Shown: piece by piece, positions 29,057-44,907 of the stretch
Numbering within the stretch: position 1 is the first letter of the stretch
Layout: every line of letters starts with the position of its first letter
NCBI GenBank assembly: GCA_964016885.1
Contig: OZ024742.1
Coordinates: 280,054,001-280,118,000, forward strand
From: Eledone cirrhosa
Taxonomy: Eukaryota
DNA length: 64,000 nt
Direction: 5' to 3'
Program-made: the position numbers and the translations under genes
Notes under the pieces: model-generated
Seen by the model: the letters and a program-made list of their open reading frames with translations, nothing else
Database searches by the model: none
Told to the model about the DNA's origin: nothing

Positions 29057-29450
29057 ATCAGCTTAGCCCCAAATGATGTTGGCATCACCTTTAATGTACA
29101 CCCAAGGCTTGGGCCCCGTGCTATCCGCCCACGACAAAAATCCCACTCGCATCACATAACAACAATACGGCACAATTATTTCCCCTCAATTGGCCCTGCT
29201 CTCTTTAACATTACACCAAAACACATCAAAGCAGAGCGAGACCACATCAAGTTCAAGAAGTCTTTGGATAAATTCCTTCAAGAAATCCAAGATAAGCCTC
29301 CTACACCCGGATTGGCGTCCGTAAACAATAACTCTCTGCTCGAGTGGGCCATGGTGCCCAAACACTGATTTGTAAGTTTTTGCCATGTGGTACTATTAAG
29401 TAAGACATGGCCTGGGCCAATACTGGCCGAAACCTATCAATGTTATCAAA
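29057..29450 (+). mobile_element. CR1/L2-group LINE 3' fragment
   Basis: 29063-29368 open frame HPRLG...IGPALFN...FKKSLDKFLQEIQDKP...NSLLEW*, a typical C-terminal ORF2 signature. Confidence 0.72.
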
Positions 29451-29465
29451 GTTATATACACACAC

Positions 29466-29510
<45 letters not shown>

Positions 29511-29563
29511 GATATATATACATTTATATATACACACACATACACACACACATATATATATAC

Positions 29564-29596
<33 letters not shown>

Positions 29597-29664
29597 CAGA
29601 GCTTCGTTTACGTTTTGGAATCGAGGGGGGCTTAAGTACATATACTGTACATGTTTACTATTCA

Positions 29665-29830
29665 GTATCGGTAGAGCATCGGACGCCATGCTTTGCAGCA
29701 AAGAGTTACGGCCCTTTATGATCTGAATCAAATCCCGCCGAGGTTAATTTTGCCTTTCATCCTTCCGAGGTCGAAAAAATAAAGTACCAGTAATATACTG
29801 GGATAATTGCCAAAAGTAGAAACAATTATT
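29665..29830 (+). mobile_element. tRNA-derived SINE (MetaSINE-like central domain)
   Basis: Homologous to 61340-61530; GCCTTTCATCCTTCCGAGGTCGA...GTACCAG. Confidence 0.8.
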
Positions 29831-30399
29831 AGCTAATCTTTTATCACAAATACGAGATTTAGAAACAATTAAAAAAGTTGATCATACTAAGATATTTAGA
29901 GTCAATAGAATACAAGTGTAGTAAAAACCAAAGCATAAGTGTATTGAAACAAATTATTGGAGTGGCTTAAGCCCCAATACAAACATGCCTGTATACATGT
30001 AGGTAGATATAAACAACAGAGAGTGAGATAGAGAGATAGAAATAGCTGAGTGGATTACACCAGTAATTCAATAAATATTCTTGCATCGTCACATTTTCTG
30101 TCTCACTAACTAATCTTGGAAATTATTATATATATATATATGTGGAATACGCAATCGGTAGGTGGACGTTTAACTGATGAAACTGTTATATGCTCATCGG
30201 ATGGCCCTTCATCACCTCCCCTATAATGCTGAACAATTTGACTCGATCTGAAAACGGCGAGCACATTATATGAATAAACTACAAGCCTACCATTTCTAAC
30301 GTTGGCTACTATTTCTAACGTTTCAAGCGGACACATATACGCCTGCTTGTCCTTTCCTTACAGTGTTGAAAATGATCCACCCTCTGAGCCGTGAACACT

Positions 30400-31460
30400 T
30401 TCAGACTAATTATACGATTCAAACAACATAATCCTTTACTTTGTTGTTCTGTGCCGTATTTACTAGTGTGGGGATTGAGGTCATTTGACTGCTACTTCTT
30501 GCATGTCTAGCGACTGCTTTGAACAGGCTTGCGAAACCTTTTCCGAGAAGCGGGCCTCATGAGATATAGTTCATCATCAGCGGGGCGCAAGCGCTAGTTT
30601 ACATTCGTGCCCACATTTAAAAAGGTTGCAACTCAGGTTGTTTTGATTTGTTTCTTCAGAATTCGTACACGTTATTTTCGTCGATCGTAAAAATGATACA
30701 AAGATAAATTATGACTGAAAAGTTGGAGAAAAAGAAACAGAAAGATTTCACTTAGGTGACTTAGGCGAGCCATTCAGAAAGCTTCGTGGGCCGCAGGTTG
30801 CCCATGAGTTGCTTAGAACCTACTTTATTAGGTCTTACTGCTTGCTAGTCCTTCAATATAATAGTGAAAAATTCGACTGCCGTTTTCAGCATCGTGTGCG
30901 ATCATATCCATCGCCTTTCGTTCGCTCTTATTACTTGCTATTCCGAATAATTGCGCAAACAATTTAGTTGCTATTTCCAGCATTGTGAGTGACTTGTAAA
31001 TGCCATACAGCTTGCTATATTTTCATTATAGTGCTCAACAAAAATTCCTCCTTCAGAGCACTGGACTCTACCAGGATAGATTATACGACTAAAACTACAT
31101 AATCCCTTCTTTGGATTTGTTCTAACCATACTTATGACTAATCGAATCGAGGGCATTTGGCTAGTACTTAGTGTGTCTACATAAAAAAAAGTGTCCTTTT
31201 CTAGCTATACTTAATTATAACAATATGAATGTTTACGTGTAATGTGTCCGAACGCTGACTAAGATTCAATCCACAAATGTATTTGGCTGCTATTTCTAGT
31301 AGTTTGTGTGTAACAGAAGTTTCCTCGTTAGATCTTACTGCATGCTATACCTTCATTATAGTATTCAACATCACTCCCTCTGCGTCGTGAAAGATTATTA
31401 TACGATTGAAACCATATATATCTTTCGATAGATTTCCACTCTACCATATCTATTCGGCTT
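30400..31460. repeat. Degenerate ~320-bp direct repeats
   Basis: ATTATACGA..AAAC.ACATA at ~30409, 31080 and 31397; TGCTATTTC.AG at ~30490, 30969 and 31288. Confidence 0.55.
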
Positions 31461-31785
31461 TGTGTTGCTCTCCAATTATAGATTAAGTCCATTAGACTCT
31501 CTCTTTGACAAGTAAATAACTAATGAAGCTATTGTTCCCTGGTTTATTTAATATAATAATGAATCACATTGGCTGCGATTGAGACGAGGGATGGAAAAAA
31601 AGATTCATTAAAACGAGACTAAAACGAGGTTGCCGAAGAAATATTGTTTACAGTGCAACGAAACGAAAGTAATTCAAATCTCTGCCTCTCAGACGTCTTT
31701 AATTCAATCTTAAAATACAGAACACTTATGATTGTCATCATATTGTTAGCATCATCGTTATAGACATCATCATCGTCGTCGCCGC

Positions 31786-31931
31786 CGCCACCACCGCCAC
31801 CGTCTTCTTCTTCTTCTTCTTCTTCTTCTTCTTCTTCTTCTTCTTCTTCTTCTTCTTCTTCTCCTTCTCCTTCTTCTTCTTCTTCTTCTTCTTCTTCTTC
31901 TTCTTCTTCTTCTTCTTCTTCTTCTTCTCCT

Positions 31932-31974
<43 letters not shown>

Positions 31975-31975
31975 C
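31786..31975. repeat. Compound (GCC)/(TTC)n/(TTTC)n microsatellite
   Basis: Directly visible; explains the poly-Glu ORF. Confidence 0.95.
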
Positions 31976-32243
31976 CAATGATATGATGTGCTATTATCTG
32001 AAAAAAATTTCTATGGGATTTTTTCCGCCATCATGATATTCAATGCTGATGCTTTAATTTTAAAGAATTATCCACAACAAAATCAACATATGGCTTCCTT
32101 ATATAGCCTATCCCAACGTTTAATACACACAGTAACCAAAATAAATGAGAAAAACAAACAGTTTGGGGAGCTGAGCGACAGCCAGTGGCTAATTTAGAAC
32201 CATAACAAAACTGGTTCACATACGGGAAAAATAAATCACTGAG

Positions 32244-32325
<82 letters not shown>

Positions 32326-32332
32326 GTATATG

Positions 32333-32369
<37 letters not shown>

Positions 32370-32390
32370 CTGTGTGTGTGTATGTGTGTG

Positions 32391-33092
<702 letters not shown>

Positions 33093-33134
33093 ATATATAT
33101 ATAGTTTTTTTTTGTTATGTTCTAAATTCCAGCT

Positions 33135-33240
33135 TAATAATTGTTTCTACTTTTGGCACTAGGCCAGCAAAATCCAGTACGTTACTGGTATTTTATTTTA
33201 TCGACCCCGTAAGGATGAAAGGCAAAGTTAACCTCAACGG
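33135..33240 (-). mobile_element. SINE 3' fragment
   Basis: Reverse complement of the 61340-61530 family body. Confidence 0.75.
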
Positions 33241-35042
<1,802 letters not shown>

Positions 35043-35345
35043 TAACAAAGGAGGTGTAGTAAGGAACCAGATGGACAATAGCGCACCACGGTACTCACAA
35101 AAATTTGGGTAGTAGGGTGGGGAATAGTAAAATGTTTAACCCCGAAGGCAGAGCTCAAGCCGTTTCGACGGCTATTTCTGGACTTATATTTGGGAAGGAT
35201 CATATTGTTATAATATTGCCAGAAATAATAATAAAACACCCTTACTGTTTTGAAGAACACACATGGTATATATATAAATTTATAAGATGTATAAAAATTG
35301 ATGTTAGCAAAGCCTGCTTTCTCCATTTAGGATTATCAAACATTT
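35043..35345. mobile_element. Chimeric remnant: family F joined to the 14052/38240-type pLTR end
   Basis: 35043-35183 matches 3131-3270; 35184-35252 matches 38244-38312. Confidence 0.7.
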
Positions 35346-35472
35346 GTTAATAGGTTAATTTGTATTTTCGTTAAAATTATTGTACAATGATTCTCCATCT
35401 TTTATAACGTGATCTGTATAGAACATTTTCTACCGCCCACACTTCTTTCAATATATATATATATATGTGTGT

Positions 35473-35555
<83 letters not shown>

Positions 35556-36148
35556 TGTGTGTGTGTGTCTGTGTCTTTAAAACCTGATCATAGGCGACAA
35601 GTAAAGACGACAAGTTTCCTTTAAATTGAAAAATGATGAACATCTTTAATCGATTTTCGGATCTTATTCGACACTCATCAGAAGACTTGTACGAGTATAT
35701 CATCGAATCAATCAAAAATCGATTAAAGTTGGTTATTATTTTCCAATTTCCAGGGTAATTTGAATTTTCTGGCGTGTTCACATATTAAGTATGTGTATCT
35801 ATTAATATATGTTGTTGCAGTCTCGGTTACACACTCTTTATTTATAAACATGTAACTGTATCATACAATTCGGGAACTAATGCACTTCTTACAATATATT
35901 TTAATTAATTACCAACAGGAGCGATAATTATATGCAAATTAGTATTCCATTTCAGAATAATACTAAGAGCGAATGGCTATCAAATTCATATTTCCTTGTG
36001 GTTGAGAGGATTCGTACAAAATGATATGTGTATTTATTTATATACGTAGTTGTAGTGGTAGTTACACACTCTCTATATATTCAGGTATAACTTTACACAC
36101 ACACACACACACACACACCCACACCCACACCCACACACACACCCACAG

Positions 36149-36188
<40 letters not shown>

Positions 36189-36364
36189 TCAATACGTTAA
36201 CAGAGAAAGCCTCAAGCTTTACTCTGACTGGCTACCATCTCACTCAACAAACATTAGGATATACCTTAGTATAATCCCAATTAAATGTTTGGGGTGCTAA
36301 CTATATGTATTTTGTGGAAAGCCAGTTGTATTATTTTATATGAGATATAATTAAAATTAAAATA

Positions 36365-36485
<121 letters not shown>

Positions 36486-36515
36486 GAGAGAGATACATAT
36501 ATATATATAGATATA

Positions 36516-38158
36516 TATTACTTCAAAATATTAATAAATATAGACATTCATGTGATCAAATATATTTTATTATACATATTTCAGAGATACTGAGCTATTT
36601 CAACAGTACGTCCTCATCAGATAAAATAAGTCGATGCCTGATATACCTTGACTATGTTGATGGTTATAATTTAGTCATGGCAGTGATTAGTTATGACAAC
36701 ACTCGAAATTTATATACCTTAAGTTGAAACATGAAAAAGTATATATAATACAGAGAGTGCGTAACGCTTTTATTATTTATACTAGTATTAATATTAGATT
36801 AAGGGTTTCTACCTTAACATTGAAAGTGTTAATCTGATCTCTTGTTGAGTACGTATGACCTTTAGATTGTTTAAATGCATTTAATTTTGATTTCCTATTT
36901 CCTAAATGTTATATCTTATATATTTGATACGTTTAATCTATTCAGGCTTGTAAACCGTTTATTTACTTTGAATGGTTATTTACGATTCACGAGGATTTGA
37001 TTATACATTTATAGTATAAAAGTCTCCTTAGATCCAAGTTGATACATTTTTTTGTATACTTAAATTGATGTAAAAGTTTAAATTCAGTAAAATCTAGTTG
37101 AATTATATTTATAACATTCTCAACAGAAATTATACTACATATAAGTGACTAATATCGTATTAAACCTTAAAATTTATAGTCTATATATAAATTATATAAA
37201 TGTGTATATCTACATAAATCTGGTTTAATAATATCTTATTAGATACATTTATAATGCTTTATGACTTATTAATAACATTTTAATTTTAAGGTTTTTTTTT
37301 ACTAATATATTGATTATATTCTTGATTTTAATAAACTTGTAAATATACTTGTGAATACCTTTGCAGCTATGACAGACATAAATTTATCTCTTTCACGTTA
37401 CATTTGCTTGAACTCATATATGATACAATAATATAAATCCTTTAAAATGTTATAGTCTAAAATCTTATGTCATTTGATTAATTGACTATTTTCAATTAAC
37501 TTAAGATTTGAAAATAAACGGTCATTCATTATTCTTTCCCTCTATCCAATTATACGCTATTTACATGTTACCATGCATATCTTTCTCCCTTTGATTATAC
37601 GATTAACTTATTTTCCTCTCTCTATCATTTGATCATTTTTCTCTTTTCTTGTTCCTACGATCACATCTCCTTTTTTTATTTTTTCTCTTTTTCTCTCTTT
37701 CCTCATGATTTGCTATCTCGATCTATAACTTCAACTATCAACAATAATGAGGTATGAATATATTACTATTATTTAAATTTATAACAGTTATATAAGTTTA
37801 TGTATTATATATTATTAATTATTTATATATCTTTTTACACAATCTCATACGCACCCTCTGTATTATATGTACTTTTTGATGTTTCAACTTAAGATATATA
37901 AATATCGAGTTTTGTCATAACTAATCACTGCCATGCCTAAATTATCAACATAGTCAAGGTATGTCAGGCATCAACTTATTTTATCTGATGAGGACGTACT
38001 GTTGAAATAGCTCAATATTGAAATATGTATAATAAAATATATTTGCTCACATGAATGTCTATATTTATTAATATTTTGAAGTAATATTAAAAACTCCAGA
38101 AAACCTACCTGTACAGTGAAACTTTATTCATTGATGAATTCATTGAACCTTGTTAAAC

Positions 38159-38167
<9 letters not shown>
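36516..38167. mobile_element. Fold-back HHR element: ~250-bp arms, 1.1-kb AT-rich spacer and tail
   Basis: 36516-36763 is inverted against 37848-38086; CTGATGAG...GAAA-TATGT...ATATA-TT at ~37985-38045 and on the minus arm. Confidence 0.82.
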
Positions 38168-38239
<72 letters not shown>

Positions 38240-38241
<2 letters not shown>

Positions 38242-38587
38242 TGTTATATTTGGGGAGGGTCATATTTGCGTAATATTCCCAGAATTAATAACAGAACACA
38301 CTCACTGTTTGGTTGGTTTTCGCTTCTCGCTGTCTTTTATATATACATATCTGCGATCTAACTTACTCAGTCCTCAATGTTGCCATTGACTGACCGGCGG
38401 TCAAAAATAATACAGATACAATATAGACAAACACATATATATATAGTTTACATAATTTACATAAATCTTTCGTTGCACATCTGCAACATCGTCAGTGGTG
38501 TTATATTCATTGTTCCTCCTGTTGTGTTGTGTGTCTACGCCATTTTTTTGTTCAGTCTGTCTATATATTTATACTAATTCATCGCCG

Positions 38588-38590
<3 letters not shown>
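38240..38590 (-). mobile_element. pLTR remnant related to the 14052 family, with HHR
   Basis: Minus-strand CTGACGA-TGTTGCA GATG TGCAAC-GAAA at ~38460-38500; end resembles 14055-14100. Confidence 0.7.
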
Positions 38591-38643
<53 letters not shown>

Positions 38644-38816
38644 GGGGTAACAAATAACAAATAATATACCCCCCACCTAAGTAATGTCAGGGTCTCCTCA
38701 AATAATTTATTAATAGCATTGTTGTAATTGTTGTTATTGTTCTAACTGAATGCCATTACTACTTCATATAGTAGCCTGTATATTCTTTTCTTGCCTGTGT
38801 ATTCTCTTCTTTCTCG

Positions 38817-38929
38817 CATGCTCCGAAGAACTGACTGGTTATAATTTTGTATTGGCGATCGAGTAACGTGAAAACAAGCGAATAGCGATTTTTAGACCTA
38901 CCAGTTCAGAGAAACAATTGTCAGCTATG
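38817..38929 (+). ncRNA. Degenerate hammerhead with a long stem II
   Basis: GCT-CCGAAGA-(CTGACTGGT...ACCAGTTCAG)-GAAA-CAATTG-TC-AGC; one core mismatch. Confidence 0.55.
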
Positions 38930-39007
38930 AGATTAAAAACCTTCTTTGTATAGCAAACCATGTCAACCTTCTTTCCTGATTTTTATATATATATATATAT
39001 ATATAAT

Positions 39008-40799
39008 TAAAGCGAAGTAGTTTCAGATGTTCAAGTCCTTTAATAATAATGCTGTGATATATATTTCAATGACGACACTGGCCACACTGTTCTGTGTGCG
39101 AGTGTCGTGAATTCATCAGACAGCTTGTTACATAATAAGGTTGTTTCCGAGGCAATCCAAATTGAATCGACATGGGAACGGACGAAGTTCGTGCTTTTGG
39201 GTTTTTCATCCGTTCCCTTGTGAGTACCAATTCACCTCCATCGGTCTGCGCAAGCGCATGTCCGAAGGAAGTTGACCATTAGCACCGCAGATTTCAACGA
39301 AATTCGCTGTCAGTGGCCCACCTATGCCTTGCCAAAGCTTACTGCTACCATCGCTACTGTGGCAGTCAGCCGAAAGCCAGAGGGGATGGGAGGGTGTTAG
39401 TTTTTATAGGTCATAATACTACCTTTCACTAAGCGTTGACAGTAAGACTGACCATCAACTCATAAGGTAAAATAAACTTAATTCTAGGTACTATGGTTTT
39501 ACATAGTAAGTTAAGAGTGACAGTTGGGAATAAAAATTAAAATTAAAGGTTAAAATCCTAAATCAAATATCAGAGATTATAAATTAAACAATAAAGAATT
39601 CAAAAATTCTAAATTCAAAAATTTTTCAAGTAATAATTCGGATTAAGTAAAGATATACATTGAAGTGAGTAAATAATATGGAGAGAGATGTTTAAGTAAT
39701 ATGTTCTGGGAGGGATTCTAGTGTTACAGATATTGAACGGCAGTGCCGGACCTTATAACGGGGGGCGAACCACATGGTTCAAGGCATTAGTCAATCCGCT
39801 ACACGGTCATACTTTCCATCACATGGAACAGAGTCAAAGAAAAACAGACAAAAAGTACACAAAAGAGAACACAAAAGAAAAGAAAAGAACAGAGACAATA
39901 GTGAATAAATGCAAAAACACAGAGTACATATATGTAAAATGATCCATATGATTGTCCATCTGTCCATGTATAGATTGAATTGAGGGGGCCTCTGTTCAGA
40001 AGCGATTTGGTGCAGGAAAATAGGGGTTTATCTTATTTTTTGTCTCCGCGTATTTATCCTGCCGAAAGATACTATTACGCCCGTCCAGTGTCAGGGGTTT
40101 TTCATCCCCATGGTAGAGGGGATTTCCGGGTAGCTCTAGGTTGGTTCCTCTCTTCTCCACCATATCGGTTACATCATAGAGCGCTCAACTAATCGGAGCT
40201 TAATTATTAGGGTAAACATGTAAAACCATAGTACCTAGAATTAAGTTTATTTTACCTTATGAGTTGATGGTCAGTCTTACTGTCAACGCTTAGTGAAAGG
40301 TAGTATTATGACCTATGAAAACTAACACCCTCCCATCCCCTCTGGCTTTCGGCTGACTGCCACAGTAGCGATGGTAGCAGTAAGCTTTGGCAAGGCTTAG
40401 GTGGGCCACTGACAGCGAATTTCGTTGAAATCTGCGGTGCTAATGGTCAACTTCCTTCGGACATGCGCTTGCGCAGACCGGTGGGGGTGAATTGGTACTC
40501 ACAAGGAAACGGATGAAAAACCCAAAGCACGAACTTCGTCCGTTCCCATGTCGATTCAATTTGGATTGCCTCGGAAACAACCTTATTATGTAACAAGCTG
40601 TCTGATGATGTCACGACACTCGCACACAGAACAGTGTGGCCAGTGTCGTCATTGAAATATATATCACAGCATTATTATTAAAGGACTTGAACATCTGAAA
40701 CTACTTCGCTTTTACTTATTCGATATTTACTCCGTCACTCCTATGTGGTAAAAGTACGTTGAGTGCTTGAATTGAATTGCATCAATATTTACCCTAATA
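39008..40799. mobile_element. HHR family C: 1.2-kb minus-sense arm plus a 0.58-kb inverted arm, non-coding
   Basis: 39008-39503 is inverted against 40219-40713; HHRs at 39051-39124 (-) and 40597-40670 (+); TA flanks. Confidence 0.9.
40597..40670 (+). ncRNA. Type I hammerhead ribozyme (family C)
   Basis: GCTGT-CTGATGA-[ACGACACT..CACAC/GTGTG..AGTGTCGT]-GAAA-TATATA-TC-ACAGC; predicted cleavage after AUC at 40665. Confidence 0.9.
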
Positions 40800-40814
40800 T
40801 ATATATATATATAT

Positions 40815-41475
40815 ACATCCCTCTTAATTTTCCTCTATTTCTTTCTGATCTTCCATACTTATCCTTCCTCTCTGCCTATGCTATATCCCCTCCTTCTCTC
40901 TTCTATATATATCTTTATTATTATTAATATTATATTTATTTATTTTGATGTAATACTTTGATTTTGTAAACTTTGCCGGTTATATATTGAACTATATCTT
41001 CGTTCCTTCTTTCGTCATTTTCTTTCTTTCTCTTTCATTTCCATCTGTTCCCCTTGCTTTATTTATTTATTTATTTATTTATTTATCATGTTAGTGATGT
41101 AGTAGTTTGAATTTTCAGTTTACCGTTACGCATATATTTTATATTTCTTATTTGTCCCTGATGAAATGATTAGACTTAGATGTATTGTAAATTGAGTTAT
41201 ACTTTCTCCTGTATTTAGCAATTTATAGACATTTATATCATGGAAATAATTTTAAGACTGTAAATAAATATCCTTGTTTTGTACTGTCAACCATGTTATT
41301 CTTCACTCTTTTATTACTCCAAGATATATTTACGTAGGAGTACAAGCGAAGTCATAAAATCGTCACCGAAGTAAACCTCTTGTTGAGTCACACTGTACCG
41401 TACGCTTAAACTGTCCATGATAAATAGTTTTCACAGGCTTTTATCGGATTACCTTTAACTTGTTATTGTTATCCT
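40815..41475 (+). mobile_element. pLTR-like remnant with a long-stem-II HHR and tail
   Basis: GTCC-CTGATGA(41158)-AATGAT...ATCATG-GAAA(41243); ACTCC(41316) followed by GGAGT and TTGAGT. Confidence 0.6.
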
Positions 41476-41500
41476 ATATATATATATATATATATATATA

Positions 41501-42614
41501 TAAGAATTAAAATACTAGAGTGTGTTGGAGTTAAACACCCTCTTCATATTATAGAAATGACAGTAAAGATATAGCTCAATGTAATTAAACAGAGCCGAAG
41601 AATTATGAAAATAAACCAAAGAAGCCTTCAATACATCAAAAGTCTTTATTAGCCAACAATGTTTCGTCCTATTAAGGACTCATCAGGGCAAGTAAAGCTA
41701 TAAGAAGCGCTATCGGCCAATACAAGCCAAAAACTCAGAAGAATATGGAGTATACATACATTAAAGCATAGGAAAATTATCAAGTAAAAATTGCTAAGGA
41801 AGTGAATAACATTTTGAACCATATTACAAATATAGTACAATGCAAAAACTAAAACTAAACACAAGTGGTGATATAAAGCGAGAATTACAGTAAGATATAT
41901 AATATTATATAATATAATATAATATATATAACAACTTCAATATGAAATATCAAACATAGTATAGTATACATAATTACATGGTTGGTAGACAGACATATGT
42001 GAATAAGTGAACAAGAACCAGACAGAAACTACGCACGGTAGTGAAAAAATATAAATAAAATCAACCGGAAATCGAAAAACAAAAACAAATATGAATATAT
42101 TTACTTAGGTGTCACAAGCAGTATTAAATATTTATATTTAAACTCTTAATAAGTGTTAGTTTGTGTTTGTATTGATGGATATGTGTATTGATATATATAT
42201 ATGTACATATGTATATATATATATATGTATATTGGGCCTTTTAATATTATTATTATTATCATTATCAATTATATTATATTATATTATATTATATTATATT
42301 ATATTATATTATATTATATTATATATCATACTGTAATTCTCGCTTTATATCACCACTTGTGTTTAGTTTTAGTTTTTGCACTGTACTATATTTGTAATAT
42401 GGTTCAAAATGTTATTCACTTCCTTAGCAATTTTTACTTGATAATTTTTTTATGCTTTAATGTATGTATACTCCATATTCTTCTGAGTTTTGGGGTTGTA
42501 TTGGCCGATAGTGCTTCTTATAGCTTTACTTGCCCTGATGAGTCCTTAATAGGACGAAACACTGTTGGCTAATAAAGACTTTTGATGTATTGAAGGCTTC
42601 TTTGGTTTATTTTC

Positions 42615-42619
<5 letters not shown>
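41501..42619. mobile_element. HHR family D fold-back: ~300-bp arms, tail on the left
   Basis: 41602-41910 is inverted against ~42310-42619; HHR on both arms. Confidence 0.9.
42532..42570 (+). ncRNA. Consensus-like minimal hammerhead (partner at 41651-41690, minus strand)
   Basis: GCC-CTGATGA-GTCC TTAATA GGAC-GAAA-CACTG-TT-GGC. Confidence 0.92.
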
Positions 42620-42686
<67 letters not shown>

Positions 42687-42819
42687 CAAGTGTTTACGAA
42701 GAATAGATAATTGAAAAAGAGCATTCTATGTACAGAGTCAGAGTATATTATATCAATAAGTTCTCAACGTAAAATGTGGTATATTAGTTGAACGTTTGAT
42801 ACAGTGGTTAACAAGTTCC

Positions 42820-43157
42820 AATGTTTCGAAAGCTAGTCCATCAAACAACCAATACTGACTTAAGGGAAATATAGATAAATAAATAAATAAATATACACAA
42901 GTACAATAACAACAAACACGTATAAATACACACTAGGTAAACAAGGTAAAATACGAAAACAAAAACACATACACTCAAACAAGAACACACACACCAAACA
43001 TTATACACGCACGCAAACTCATGCGTAGAGACAGAGACAAGAAAAAATAAATAAATAACAAAAAAATGGGTAGACATTACAATACAATACAATAGAAGGG
43101 AAAATAATAGTACCACTGATGGTGTTGCAGATATGCAACGAAAGAACTTTGATAAAC

Positions 43158-43190
<33 letters not shown>

Positions 43191-43295
43191 CTGTATTTTT
43201 AACCGTTGGTCAATCAATGATAAACATTGATTGCCAAATAAATTAACTATGGAGATATAAGGTATACAGAAGCGAAAAAAAAAACAACCATAGTT
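42820..43295 (+). mobile_element. pLTR remnant of the 14052/38240 type with a degenerate HHR
   Basis: TACCA-CTGATGG-TGTTGCA GATA TGCAAC-GAAA-GAAC-TT-TGATA at 43111-43154. Confidence 0.65.
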
Positions 43296-43299
43296 TACT

Positions 43300-44572
43300 G
43301 CTACCCGTCCCGTCTGTGGCAGTCAGCCGAAAGCCAGAGGGGATGGGAGAGTGTTATTTTTTACAGTTCACAATACTACCCCTCACCAAGCATGGACAGT
43401 ACGACTGACCATCAACTCCCAAGAGAAAATATACTTAATTCTAGGTATCATGGTTTTACATTGGAAGTTATGTGTGAGAGCTGGAAATAAAAATTAAAAA
43501 TCAAAAATTATAAATTTAAAAAATTATAAATTAAACAATTATAAAATTAACAATTAGAAATTAAAAAATGTTTCAAGTGAGAATCCGGATTGAGGTGAGT
43601 AAAAAGACATATGGATTGAAGTGAGTAAATGATATGGAGAGAGATGTTTAAGTAAGAAGTTCTGAGAGGGGTTCCAATGTGACAGTTACACTATCCACAT
43701 ATTGAACGATAGTGCCGTACATTAGAATGGAGGGTAAACTACAGTATTCAAGGCACTAGTCAATCTGGTACACAGTCATAATTTCCATCACATGGAACAA
43801 AACTAAAGAAAAACATATATAAAGTACACAAAAGAAAAGAATCAATAATGAATAAATTCAAAAACACAGAGTACATATATGCAAAATGATCCATATGATT
43901 GTCAATTTGTCAATGTATAGATTCAATTGAGGGGGCTTCTGTTCAAAAGCGATTTGGTGCAGGAAAATATGGCTTCATATTAGTTTTTGTTTCCGCGTAT
44001 TTATCCTGCCGAAAGTTACTATTATGTCCATCTAGTTTCAGGGGTTTCCATCCCCATGGTAGAGGGAATTTCCAGGGGTAGCTCATGGTTGGTTCCTCTC
44101 TTCTCCACCATATCGGTTACATCATAGAGCGCTCAACTAGTTGGAGCTAAATTCTTAGGGTAAATATTGATGCAATTCAATTCAAGCACTCAACGTACTT
44201 TTTCCACATAGGAGTGACGGAGTAAATATCGAATAAGTAAAAGCGAAGTAATTTCAGATGTTCAAGTCCTTTAATAATAATGCTGTGGTATATATTTGAA
44301 TTACGACACTGGCCACACTGTTCTGTGTGCGAGTGTCCTGACATCATCAGGCAGCTTGTTACATAATAAGGTTATGTTTCCGAGGCAATCCAAGTTGAAT
44401 TGACATGGGAACGGACGAAGTGTGTGCTTTTGGGTTCTTCATCCGTTCCACTGTGAGTACTAATTGACCACCACCGGTCTGCGCAGGCGCATGTCCGAAG
44501 GAAGTTGACCATTAGCTACCGCAGATATCAACGAAATGCACTTAGTCAGTTCACCCTCTCAGCCAAACAATG

Positions 44573-44575
<3 letters not shown>
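43300..44575 (-). mobile_element. Circularly permuted, diverged copy of family C
   Basis: 43312-44160 matches 39355-40215, continues through the tail sequence, then matches 39008-39300; HHR at 44282-44355 has core mutations. Confidence 0.88.
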
Positions 44576-44612
<37 letters not shown>

Positions 44613-44617
<5 letters not shown>

Positions 44618-44875
44618 ATAAAGAATAATAATAGGTAGACATCATAAAAAGGTAATTTATTCCGAGTGCTTACAAATGTTTCAACAGTAGGTATACAGCC
44701 TAGTCATGCTATGTGCAATTGACAATTAATAATTATTTGATTGCAGAAACTCAATTTTCAAATGCTGCGACTACCATTTCCTCAGAGCAGAAAGGTTAAA
44801 ATGTAAATACCCTTGTATTTCTTAAATGAATTTATTGGAGAAGATAGAGTAGAAAGGAAGAGAGAAAAAAGGGGG

Positions 44876-44907
<32 letters not shown>

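Noticed and set aside
29405-29440. GGCCA-ATAC-TGGCC-GAAAC as a hammerhead
   Set aside because: No CUGANGA-like strand or stem I; more likely the LINE 3' stem-loop.
30524-30811. hAT-like MITE (CAGG...AACCT / GGGCCGCAGGTTGCCC)
   Set aside because: TIRs are too imperfect and I could not identify an 8-bp TSD.
31619-31978. Poly-Glu/Gly/Asp ORF
   Set aside because: It is a (TTC)n/(TTTC)n microsatellite with no splice or domain evidence.
36770-37840. Highly decayed GIY-YIG coding traces in the fold-back spacer
   Set aside because: Only weak fragments such as YKCII and NKRS; needs a profile search.
40255-40325. SECIS-like element in family C
   Set aside because: No associated UGA-containing ORF and no clear non-Watson-Crick quartet geometry.
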